NCBI GenBank assembly: GCA_963693365.1
Contig: CAVNZM010000003.1
Coordinates: 2,320,768-2,384,767, forward strand
Reading direction: 5' to 3'
Origin: Amoebidium appalachense
Lineage: Eukaryota; Protista; Ichthyosporea
Length of the DNA: 64,000 bases
The position numbers were made by a program, and so were the translations under genes. The notes under the pieces are model-generated. The model saw only the letters and a list, made by a program, of their open reading frames with translations. It did not search any database and was not told the origin of the DNA. The stretch's first letter is position 1, and every line of letters begins with the position of its first letter. Of this stretch, positions 52,351-64,000 are shown one piece after another.

Positions 52351-52795
52351 GTAGATAAGCAATCAAAAAAAATGAGAGAGTGAGAGGGCCACAGACAGAG
52401 ACAGAGAGAGAGACAGACAGAGAGAGAGAATGAGAGAGAGAGAGATTGAGGTGAGAGCAGAAATGCATGTCACTGTTATAAACAATATATGCAAACATAT
52501 GCACCGAATATCATCAATACATGTTTTGTGTATTGTCCATGTTGGCCATAGCACAGTTATAGTAACATAACAACGAAGACACAGTCATGGCTGTATGGTA
52601 AATATACACGGCATACCATGAGGCTACTGGATATGTATTTACATATGTTGGGCATATCAGACAGACAGTGATTGCAGTATGGACAATATACTCGTGATAC
52701 CACGTGGAAATTGTGCATGTATTGTACATGTGTTGGGCATATCTGACAGACAGAGAGAGAGACAAAGGGAGAGAGACATGCATGACAGGGGGAGT

Positions 52796-52826
<31 letters not shown>

Positions 52827-53387
52827 GGGGGGCTTCATAAGTACGAAGTACACATAAACAACGGGTAACACGATGCAGAGATCAAACCATACAGGGGGAG
52901 GGGGGGGGGGGGGATTTAAAGGGTGAGGGGGGGGGGGGGAGGGGGTTCTTACCTAACATCTGGATCGATCCCTCTGCTGAATTCACACTTTCATCCACCC
53001 CCACGGCTTGGGCATGAATTGGGTCCTCACCCTCATTATCTGCTGCATCGTCTTCAACCTGAAAGACCTCCATCATGTCGTTCAGCACAAACGCTCCGTC
53101 TGCCCGGCCCCTCTCCTGATTTAAAATGGAAAGCACAGCGTCACGAACCTGGCGGTGCAAATCCATCGCATCCCAGCGGCTGATCTTGATCGTGATCTGT
53201 GCAGGTATTGTCAGCATTGTTGGTTGTTCCCTTCCAAACGGCTTTTCCTGACAGATCATTCTTGAGAGACGGAGACAGATAGAGAGGGAAAGACGTGCTT
53301 CCGCAAAAAAGAAAAGAAAAGGAGGGGGGGGGGGGGGGGGGGGGAATAGGGGGAGAGAGAGGGAGAGAGGGAGAGTGAGAGAGAGGG

Positions 53388-53454
<67 letters not shown>

Positions 53455-53479
53455 GAGAGAGAGACAGAAAGTGACAGAG

Positions 53480-53571
<92 letters not shown>

Positions 53572-53576
53572 TAGAG

Positions 53577-53607
<31 letters not shown>

Positions 53608-54397
53608 CGGAGAGAGAGGGAGAGACAGAGAGTGGGATAGAGAGGGGAGGAGAGGGAGGGGGGGAGAGAGATGGTTCAAGAGAGAGACACATAAGGAGGC
53701 ATACAGTTTGTGGGGGGGGGGGGGGGGGGGGGGTCTAAAGCACCTGCATGATGTACGAAGCATTCCTCAGTCGCACCATGTCCGGCTCCCGATCACATCA
53801 AAACCACATGTAATCGGTGATTAGGCTGCATGATTCTGCAAATTCCGCATTAAGTCAACCAATAGGCACATTAGACCGCACCAGAACCCATAGAGATGAC
53901 CAATCAGAGTAGACATTCCGCGCATTTTTGTCAGGTTAAAATTTAAGTAGCACAGGTCGCCACGAAAACTGGTCGGAAACACGTGAAAACGTGTTTTCTA
54001 GCTCCTCTAGTCCAACGGAGAACTCCTAGCACACCTAACAGCCGGGCCCAGAAAAACTCAAGCGGATAGAGGTACACGTTAGCTACAGGGGACACTAAAA
54101 GCCGTCCCTGTAGGCCGGCGGGCACGGGAGTTACGCGCCGGAAAGGAGCCCCCCCTTTTTTTTTTCCCTGCACTTGACACAAAACCAACGTTTCCTCTTT
54201 CAGTGGTAGTGACCTTTGTCTGGGGGGAAAAACATTAACGGCACAGAATTCACACACACAGTAGCAGAGTAGAACGCGCACAGAGTAGCCGTATCCACAG
54301 ATACCAGCATCCTGCACTCACCCTTTTCGCACACACAAAGTCAATAACCATCTAGCAAATAAACGCTACCCAAAACATAGCTGCACCCACCCCCACC

Positions 54398-56523
54398 ATG
54401 GAAAACCACATGGAGCTAGACGGGGACACGTCCCTCACTGCAATATCCACCTTAAACCCACCCACACCCAATCACACGGATAGGGCAACCGAGTCGGTAG
54501 AAACCACACAACCGATGGGGGAAAGCATGGGGGTGGGAGCGAACCCTCATCATCCCCCGGGCTCTGGAGGAAACGAGCGCTTGTCGGGCAAAAGAGGAAA
54601 GGAGGAAACAGAGGAGATGGAGAGGTCTACCTCACGCAGGACGGACTATGCCATACCAGGTAAAACTAACGCCCCCACCCTTTCCATACTGTGTCCCCTG
54701 CCAGCAGACGACGGACACTCTGAAGCGGGCTGGTTGGCTCGGGTGTATGACTTCGTCAGCACCCAGAACCTAGCAAACAGGTACCTGGTGCACAACCGAA
54801 ACCAACGGGGCATAGAGATCATGGTAGGCACAGAAGCAGAGTGGGAGGCACTAGTCACAGCACTGGTGGGGGAGGGCATTTTACATGCCCCCCCACCCCA
54901 CCCCTCCATCCGCCCGAACCCCACACGGTACATGGTCCTAATCCCGAATAGAACGGTAGAAACGTGCAATTTTCCGAGGATAGGACGAGCAAGTGACGTG
55001 GCAACCGTGCTATATGCCATAGACCTTCACCCAGTGACCGTAACCTGGCTCCCCCCAAACCCCAACTTCCGTATCGCCAGGGAGCACTGGGCGTATGAGG
55101 GTAATTATGAGGTGGTTTTTCCGGACGACGAACACCATAGGAAACGCATAATAAATCTCCGAGAACACTTTAGGGTCAACCGGACCTCTCTAGTGGAGGA
55201 AACATACATGACGGCGGCCCCTGCAATGCACAGGCACCGGGCCTGGGCTATCACCACACCCGGCTTAAACGAGGACACACGCCCCCCCATCTCGAGGGGT
55301 ACGATCATCGCCTCTATGAGAACACCAACCCCACCCCCCGTGTGGTGGACACCCCTCCCGAGTGGCCCCAGGCCCGACCCTTTCCGACACAGGAGGGGGG
55401 GGGGGAGGAGTCAGAGGCAGTTCTGTTGCTAATCCCCATCCCACAGCCTCACATGTGTGGGTTGTGTTGGGAGCAATCCCACAAACTAACAGACACAGAG
55501 TGCCCGTTTGTTCAGTGCCTAACCTGTCGGGAGGTGGGGCACGAACCGGATGAGTGCCCCAAAAACCGCACCAGCTGTCCGTACTGTAACCGGCCGTTAC
55601 ACGTACACGGAAACCCCAGTAACCCCATCGCCACATGCCTGCAACGCCGCCGAAACTGCGGTAACTGTGGGGAACTGGGCCACCCCGCATATAAATGCCA
55701 ACGGAAACCCCTTTTCGCACCGGGTATTATCGTGTTGGTGGGCTTGAGTAGTCTAGACCCACCTGACGACTCTTTCGTCGCCACCGTGATTGAGTGGCGG
55801 GACTATGTACACGTCCAGGCACTCCGCCAGGCACTCACGTACTCCGGCCTTGGCCCCCCCGGGGAGGGGGCCACCCGGGAGGGTAGAGCCGGCAGAGCCC
55901 CAGAGGTGAATAAGTGTAGGGTCACAGGGCACCACTTCATCACCATGCCCATCCCCGTAAGCCACACGGACTACCCATACCTCCGGGACCACCCGGAGGG
56001 AATACTTCTGTCGTTTAATACCGGGGCACCAAGCCCCCGCGAATACACAGTACGTGCCCGCCTCACCACCGTGGACAGGGCGACCGTGCTCCTCGACCAC
56101 CCGCGGCTAGGGCAGAGCACACATCCCACAGACAACACACCACCACTCGAGGCCCCAGACGAAGACGACCAATCATTGGCCTCCGCGCCGTCGCACCAGC
56201 CCTACCAGGCCCCGTCCCCACCTCCGCCGGTGTCGCCCACAGGGGACCCCGTGGCGGACCTGACGGCTCGAGTAAACCGGCTCGAACTACAGTTGGCCAG
56301 CCAGGGGGCCACCATACACAACGTGCACCGTGAGGTGCAGGATACGACTGCCCAGCTGAGGGGTATGGAGCAGTCGATGGTTAGCATGCTCGAACGGCTA
56401 GGGGACCGCCTTGCCCTCACACTGGAAGCCCGTTTGGGCGGGGCTAGGGGGGGGGGGGGGGGGGAGGGGGGGGAGAGCACTCTACCCCAGAGACCCGAGA
56501 CCCCCAAGCCACCGAGCCATTGA
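54398..56523 (+). CDS. LINE ORF1 gag-like protein with multiple CCHC knuckles and a C-terminal coiled coil (frameshift at the G-run ~55395-55405)
   Basis: CLTCREVGHEPDEC, CGNCGELGHPAYKC and two further Cys/His clusters; heptad region LTARVNRLELQL. Lies directly upstream of an APE/RT ORF. Confidence 0.8.
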
Positions 56524-56713
56524 GGCCCACAGAGGCACAACACCCCAACAGCGGCGCCCCCCCCCAACCAAGGCGGGGGCCCCCAGGGGCCCCCTCACAA
56601 CGCCAACCCACACAGCCCACACGCCCATCCACACCACACAGGTCCTCGGTTAACTCGACACGGGGAACTGACCAAGGTGCCCGTCCCCCATCGCATGGGG
56701 ACGGGCAGGCATA

Positions 56714-59700
56714 ATGCCGACCCCATCCCCCCCGCCCGGACACCCGGCGCCGGCAAAGGGGGTAGCGCCCGACACCACACAAACACTCGGCACGGCGCAA
56801 AGTCCGGGTCCAGAGGCCACAGACATGATCCACCAGAACACAGCCCTGGAAGCACTTGAAGGGGAGCTAGTCTCGCCCATCAACCACGCAAATTTACCAC
56901 CAGCCAAACCACACAGCCACCTTCGGATTGGAACTTTAAACCTGGCCGGACCTACCACTCGTACCGGCCAGGACAAGATCGTCGAGGCAGCCAGGTGGGC
57001 TGCCTTTGCAGACATGGACGTAGTCATTCTGACGGAGACCGGGACCACCCCGGGCTCCTTCACACGCACAAAGTTTTCCATTCGAAACGAAGGTATCCCC
57101 ATGCGTGCCACGTATGTATGCCCACCAGCCACCACCACTGGACACACACACACAACACTCTCTGCCTCAGAGGCCGGTATCCCGGTGGCAGAGAGCTCGT
57201 CCAATGACCAAACCACACCGTCAATAGCCCAGGAGGAAACACGATTCCGCTACACGGGGGTGGTGATACTTACAAACGAAACGTGGTTTAGACACCAAGG
57301 AAAACCACATAGCAAAAATGCACGAATGCTAGCTATTCCATATCACACAAAACGGCACACAACGTGGGTGATAGGACTTTATCAACACACGAATGCAACA
57401 CAGGGAAACGTCAGACAGGCCCGTCGACTCACCTCACAGGTAGCCAGATTTCTCACCTCCCTCCCGGCCCCCAACGACACCACTGTCATCGTGGCCGGGG
57501 ATTTCAACGAGGTGTGCCACCCTACTCTGGACAGGGCACGGCCCGAAACCGGCCCCAGTTCAGCACAGGCAATGCCCACAGGACTCGTGCCCGGGCTGCT
57601 CCACGAGCTGATGGACGCCCATCTACTCATAGACAGCTACCGAGCCGAACACCCCACCACCAGGGAATATACGTACCACAGCGGTCCCCACCGCTCACGC
57701 ATCGACTACGTATACATCCCGGCGGCGTTACGCCCAGCACTGGTCTCAGCCTCCGTCACGGAATTACCGGATCTTCACACCGACCACCACCTGGCCTGGT
57801 GCGAAACTGGGCCCCATCCTAACCTGCCGGGCCAGGGACCAGGGCCAACCCGAAACCAACCCACACCGAGACTCCAGCTGAAACCGAACACCACACAGGA
57901 GGACTGGGCACGTTTTACCACCGGCACGGAGGCAGCCTTCACGTCCCCCCCAACCACCACCCCTACCCAGGCGGAGGTGGAAGGGAGATGGGAGTACATG
58001 GCCGCCACCATTCTCTCGGTGGCAAAAACCACAGTGGGCCGGACCAAGAGCAAACCAGAGAAGTCCACGTCAAAACCGACGAAGGTCTTCCCGGAGGACA
58101 ACGAGCACGCGGAGCTACACCGGCTCCTCAATGCAACGGACCGGGCGGCAAATCCACAGGGTTTCTGGGAGAGGGCCAAGGAGCTGGCCGTCCAATATGG
58201 CTGGCCAGCACCCCCTCCCCCTCCGGAGCCCCCCCCACCGGTACCCCCAACAAGCAGTCCCATCATCCCACTGTACACAGCCGACCCCAACAACCCCCCG
58301 GGCATCCCCCCCACCCCCCAGGACACCCCCCCCCTCCCCCCAGGCACACCCGTCCCAGACGGGGTGGTATCAGGAGGAGGGGGACCCCGGATCCACCCAG
58401 CAGCACCAACCCACACCCACTTTGCTGCACCAGCCTGCCGCTGGCCCAGCAGGCAGCCCCAACAGGCAGGCCCAGCATGGGCCACCCAGTCGACAGCACC
58501 AACAGGAGCCACCAAGCCAGCAGCAGCAGCCTCAGGCTGAAGCCCCTGCCGGCAGCCCACAACGGCAGCCACAGCAGGGGCCACCCAGCCTGCAGGCCCT
58601 GCATGGGCCACCTAGCCAGCAGCAACCGATCACACCTACACTGCAGCAGCTGCCTGCAGCAGCAGATTGCAGCCCCGGCCGGCCGGCCCAGCACGGGCCA
58701 CCCAGCCGACAGCACCAACAGGAGCCACCAAGCCAGCAGCAGCAGCCGCAGGCTGCAGCCCCAGCAGGCAGCCCACACCGGCAGCCACAGCAGGGGCCAC
58801 CCAGCCTGCAGGCCCTGCCAGGGCCACCCAGCCAGCAACAACCGACCAAACCCACACTGCAGCAGCCGCCTGCAGCAGCAGCGTGCAGCCCCGGCCGGCA
58901 GGCCCAGCACGGGCCACCCAACCAACAGGAGCCACCCAGCCAGCAGCAGCAGCCTCAGGCTGAAGCCCCAGCAGGCAGCCCACACCGGCAGCCACAGCAG
59001 GGGCCACCCAGCCTGCAGGCCCTGCCAGGGTCACCCAGCCAGCAGCAACCGACCACACCCACAATGCAGCGGCGGCCTACAGTAGCAGATTGCAGCTCCG
59101 GCCGGCCGGCCCAACACGAGCCACCCAGCCGACAGCACAAACAGGAGCCACCAAGCCAGCAGCAGCAGCCAAAGGCTGCAGCCCCAGCAGGCAGCCCACA
59201 CCGGCAGTCACAGCAGGGGCCACCCACCCTGCAGGCCCCGCCTGGGCCACCCAGCCAGCAGCAACCGACCACACCCACACTGCACCAGCTGCCTGCAGCA
59301 GCAGTTTGCAGCCCCGGCCGGCCGGCCCAGCACGGCCCACCCAGCCGACAGTACCAACAGGAGCCACCACGCCAGCAGCAGGAGCCTCAGGTTGCAGCCC
59401 TAGCAGGCAGCCCACACCGGCAGCCACCGCAGGGGCCACCCAGCCTGCAGGGCCTGCATGGGCCACCCGGCCAGCAGCAACAAACCACACCCACCCGGCA
59501 GCAACTGCCTGCAGCAGCAGATTGCAGCCCCACCCAGCAGCACCAACCCACACCCACTTTGCTGCATCGGCCTGCTGCTGCCCCAGCAGACAGCCCCGGC
59601 CGGCAGGACCAGCATGGGCCACCCAGTCGCCAGCACCAACAGGAGCCACCAAGCCAGCAACAGCAGCCTCAGGCTGCAGCCCCCGCCAGCAGCCCACAAC

Positions 59701-62700
59701 AGGGGCCACCCAGCCTGAAGGCCCTGCATGGGCCACCCAGCCAGCAGCAACCGATCACATCTACACTGCAGCAGCTGCCTGCAGCAGCAGATTGCAGCCC
59801 CGGCCGGCCGGCCCAGCACGGGCCACCCAGCCGACAGTACAAACAGGAGCCACCAAGCCAGCAGCAGCCGCCGCAGGCTGTAGCCCCAGCAGGCAGCCCT
59901 CACCGGCAGCCACAGCAGGGGCCACCCAGCCTGCAGGCCCTGCCAGGGCCACCCAGCCAGCACCAACCGACCACACCTACACTGCAGCAGCTGCCTGCAG
60001 CGGCGGCGTGCAGCCCCGGCCGGCAGGCCCAGCACGGGCCACCCAGCCGACAGCACCAACAGGAGCCACCCAGTCAGCAGCAGCAGCCTCAGGCTGCAGC
60101 CTCAGCGGGCAGCCCACACCGGCAGCCACAGCAAGGGCCACCCAGCCTGCAGGCCCTGCCAGGGTCACCCAGCCAGCAGCAAACGACCACACCCACACTG
60201 CAGTGGCTGCCTGCAGCAGCAGATTGCAGCCCCGGCCGGCCGGCCCAGCGCGGGCCACCCAGCCGACGGCACAAACAGGAGCCACCAAGCGAGCAGCAGC
60301 AGCCACAGGCTGCAGCCCCAGCAGGCAGCCCACACCGGCAGTCACAGCAGGGGCCACCCAGCCTGCAGGCCCCGCCAAGGCCACCCAGCCAGCAGCAACC
60401 GACCACACCCCCACTGCACCAGCTGCCGCATGATCGCAGCCCCGGCCGGCCGGCCCAGCACGGGCCACCCAGCCGACAGCACGAACAGGAGCCTCCAAGC
60501 CAGCAGCAGCAGCCTCAGGCTGCAGCCCCAGCAGGCAGCCCACACCGGCAGCCACAGCAGGGACCACCCAGCCAGCAGCAACCGACCCCACCCACACTGC
60601 AGCAGCTGCCTGCAGCAGCAGTGTGCAGCCCCGGCCGGCCGGCCCAGCACGGCCCCCCCAGCCGACAGTACCAACAGGAGCCACCAAGCCAGCAGCAGCA
60701 GCCTCAGGCTGCAGCCCTAGCAGGCAGCCCACACCGGCAGCCACAGCAGGGGCCGCCCAGCCTGCAGGCCCTGCATGGGCTACCCGGCCAGCAGCAACAA
60801 ATCACACCCACACTGCAGCAGCTGCATGCAGCAGCAGATTGCAGCCCCGGCCGGCAGGCCCAGCACGGGCCACCCAGCCGACAGCACCAACAGGAGCAAC
60901 CAAGCCAGCAGCAGCAGCCGCAGGCTGAAGCCCAAGCAGGCAGCCCACACCGGCAGCCAAAGCAGGGGCCACCCCGCCTGCAGACCCTGCCAGGGCCACC
61001 CACGGGCAACCAACAGCTACAGACCACACCCACGCAGCCGCAACGGCCCACAGCAGCAGAGTGCAACCCTGGCCAGCAGGCGCGGCACGGGTCACCCAAC
61101 CTGCAGCAGCACCCCCACCCCCCCAGCAGCCCACCTGTCTCAGACAGGGAGGCAGTGGGAGGAGTGGGAGGCAACCATGCGGGAGCAACTACAACTATAC
61201 AGGTCCCAACTCCGAAGGAAACGGCAAAAACTCCTTTGGTTACGGGCAACAGCAGCAGCAGAAGCACGGTGCAAGCGTATGGTGGACGAACTCCGGCGAG
61301 CACTAAGCAGCATTTTAGACCGGGGGAGTGTGAACGTCTCGGCTACGTTAGTCAAGCACGTCACCCCAACGGGCACTGAGTACCTCACGGAGTGGGCTGA
61401 CACGGAGCCCGTCATTCGTGAAACTTATCACCGGTGGACGGCCCGCAGGAACCCACACATCGAGGAGATGCTCGTCGACCCAATGTGGGCCGACATCTAT
61501 CGACCGATCCCCCCCGAAGACTCCCCATTAGGGTCTATAATGCACCCGGCCACCCACGACGAGCTCCAACAGATCGTCCAAAGCCGACAGGGGGGGAAGG
61601 CCCCCGGCCCAACGGAAATCCAGTACGAATACTTCCAACACCTGGGGCCAAAGGGGCTAGCATGGCTCCTACATATCATCAACGGATGTCTGGCCACGGG
61701 GACCACACCGAGGTCATGGCTGCACCACACCATCCATCCCCTACCGAAAGGGGAATGGGAAGGTGACTTCGACAAAACCCGACCGATAGCACTCTTGGAA
61801 ACGGCACGGAAGCTGCTAGAATCGGTCATCAACCAGCGCCTACTCTCGATCTTCCGGCAGTACCCCACCCTCCTCCCGGGGGGGAATTTTGGGTTCGTGC
61901 CGGGCCCGGGTATCGACGGGGCGCTGGCTATCATCCGAGAGACGATAGAGGATGCCATAGACCACGACCAGGAACTATGGATCGTCCAACAGGACATTAA
62001 GAGGGCATATGACACGGTGTCTTGGCCCTCGGTGGAACTGGGGCTCACCCGCCTGGGCACAGACCCCCAGCTAATCACCCTCCTCCGGCACATGTGGCAC
62101 AGTCGTACGGCCACGGTGTGCACAGACCAGGGGCACACTGAGTCTTTCCCTGTTGAAAACGGCCTGGCCCAAGGGGCTGTCCTCTCCCCCATTCTGTGGA
62201 TTATATTCTACGATCCAGTTTTAACAGCCATCAAAAGGCACGGCAAGGGGTACACTTTCCACCTACCCCCACAGACACAGCACCACACACCGGCACAAAC
62301 ACCCCCGTGTGTGACGTCTGTAGCTTTCGCCGACGACACAACATGGTTTGGCCCCAACAAGGAGAGCATCCAGCAAACTCTCGATTTATCTGCCCCCTTT
62401 TTTTATTACCATGACTTGGAACCACACCCAGACAAGTTTTCAGTCCTCGCCCGTGGTACCCCAACACGGGCAACAGTGGCCCCCATGCAGTACCGCAAAT
62501 CCCCGGGAGCACCACCCCTACCCATTCAGATCGAGCTCCCCGATGCAAACATCAGAGTGCTAGGGGTCAACATCACCCTCCAACGACACACCCGGCCCAA
62601 CGATGGGAAGGCCATGCAGCTGACATTACGGGCCACCACCATACTAGCCCGTAAAATGCTGGCACCCAGCCAAGTGATCTACGTAGCCAACAGTGTGGTG

Positions 62701-64000
62701 GCCCCGGCCATCCTCTTCCTCCTCAAAGGGTCAGTCATCAGCAACACCACCATGCAGGCAATCGACAGCAAGTGGAGAGACCTACTCCGTCGGAAGTGTG
62801 GTTTCCACCGGAGCACCCCGTCCGGGCTGCTACACCATCCCACTCTAGGGGGACTGGCCAGCATCGTCGAATCAGCAGCCAGCACCATGGTTACGGAGCT
62901 GTGTGCCCTGCTGGAAACACCAGGACCAGCAGGGGACGTGGTCCGGTACCGAGCCTGGCAGCAGCAACACGCGACAGGCCTACCCTACCCACCCCTGCAA
63001 GCACCCCCAGCCAAACTTTACAGGCTAGGGGGAAAGCAGCTCCACAACTATTGGGCCCATATCACGGGGATCCTTCACGAGCGGCACCTGAGTATTGGGG
63101 AAACCCCTCCCCAAAAAACACAAGCACCCCCCCCCCCCCCCCCCCTCCCCCCAAGGAGAAGGAGGGGAAGCAGCAACAACAACCAGCACCCCTATCAACA
63201 CCGTTTTCCCGGACCACACCTTTGCGGCCCACATCGGCCCCCACACACACCCCCGTCAACTCTACACGGTGGAGGACACCATGGTACGGCCGGGGGTGTT
63301 CCGGGCGTTCCCCGAACTGCCCCACCCCCCAGACCTACTACACCCGGGAGCTACACAGTGGTACAGGTCCATCATCAAGGGGGCCATCCCCATCGCAGAC
63401 AAACTACGGCCAGCACCCAGACCACACACCCACCACACCATTGACCTCGTGCCAAACCACCCCGTCGGTGCATTCGTGGTGGAAATAGTCAAGAAGGGGC
63501 AATACGAACTCAGCCAGGTGGTGGCCCACACCACCCACAACGGGGAGGCTTGGGTCAAAATAGCCCATCTACGGGACAACACAGAGGAGGAGGGGCTGAG
63601 ATGGCACCGACCCACGTGGAACGACCCACATGGAACAGCCCATTTCCGCTTTTGCCCTGGTGACTGCAAATACGGCCACTCCCCATGGAACCTAGCCTAC
63701 ACCCCGGCCACCCTCTCCCCCAACCCCGGGTACGCAGACGGAGAGGGGGAAGGGTTAGACACGGAGCCAGAATCGGAGTCGACGGGGCCCAGCGACGACT
63801 CCGACGACTCAGAGGACTCTAACACCGACAGCACCAACAGCAAATACGAGCCCCCTGAGCCCCCAGCCGATAATCACACCCACAACAAGCAGTGTGTGGG
63901 GTGGACCCGTGCTGTGGAGGTGATACGGGCAGACCCCTACGTGGCCTTCAAGACCCGAATCACCACCCACATGGTAGTCCCGAAGTACCACAAGGACTTC
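56714..64000 (+). CDS. LINE ORF2: APE endonuclease (~56920-57800), Q/P-rich repeat linker, RT (~61150-62600) and C-terminal region; frameshifts at C-runs; runs off the window
   Basis: APE motifs IGTLNL, ILTET, AGDFN, SRIDY, TDH. RT motifs GKAPGP, RPIALL, DIKRAYDTV, QGAVLSP, AFADD, RVLGV. Confidence 0.92.
58390..61110 (+). repeat. Coding tandem array, 216-nt (72-aa) unit, 12 copies, Gln/Pro/Ala/Ser-rich
   Basis: Unit PSRQHQQEPPSQQQQPQAAAPAGSPHRQPQQGPPSLQALPGPPSQQQPTTPTLQQLPAAADCSPGRPAQHGP. One frame (58131-61379) is stop-free throughout. Confidence 0.93.

Larger units (their letters stand above)
46607..53810 (-). mobile_element. AT-rich DNA element copy 2 (probable Plavaka/CMC-like transposon), interrupted by an LTR element; far end not located
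   Basis: Same CATCAGCAA end and palindrome array as copy 1, continuing into spliced-looking transposase-like fragments at 51688-53300. Confidence 0.55.

Noticed and set aside
59977-61303. Long antisense and alternative-frame ORFs over the repeat array and over Copia/Ngaro genes
   Set aside because: These are shadow ORFs of GC-rich repetitive coding sequence with no independent motifs.

Overview
Eukaryotic, intron-containing genomic DNA, extremely rich in microsatellites (CA, GA) and poly-C/poly-G tracts. Most ORFs in the supplied track are microsatellite artefacts. The left half (1-30 kb) holds two spliced minus-strand host genes. One is a 6-exon ribonucleotide reductase small subunit gene with TATA/E2F/CCAAT motifs upstream. 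The other is a 5-exon selenoprotein S-like gene, not visible as a single ORF, ending GGUG-stop with a candidate SECIS. Its introns contain three copies of a ~180-nt structured element I cannot assign to a known RNA family, and a TA-flanked MITE inside a minisatellite. The right half (30-64 kb) is a deeply nested transposon cluster: a truncated non-LTR RT, two copies of an AT-rich DNA-element end (one leading into a Plavaka-like transposase C-terminus), an old Copia-like LTR split by a complete Ngaro/PAT-type tyrosine-recombinase retrotransposon, an intact Copia inserted in its recombinase gene, a non-autonomous Ty3/gypsy-like element, and a LINE. The LINE ORF2 carries a ~2.7-kb stop-free array of 12 x 72-aa Gln/Pro-rich repeats between endonuclease and RT. 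All calls come from reading the sequence by eye; no database searches were run.
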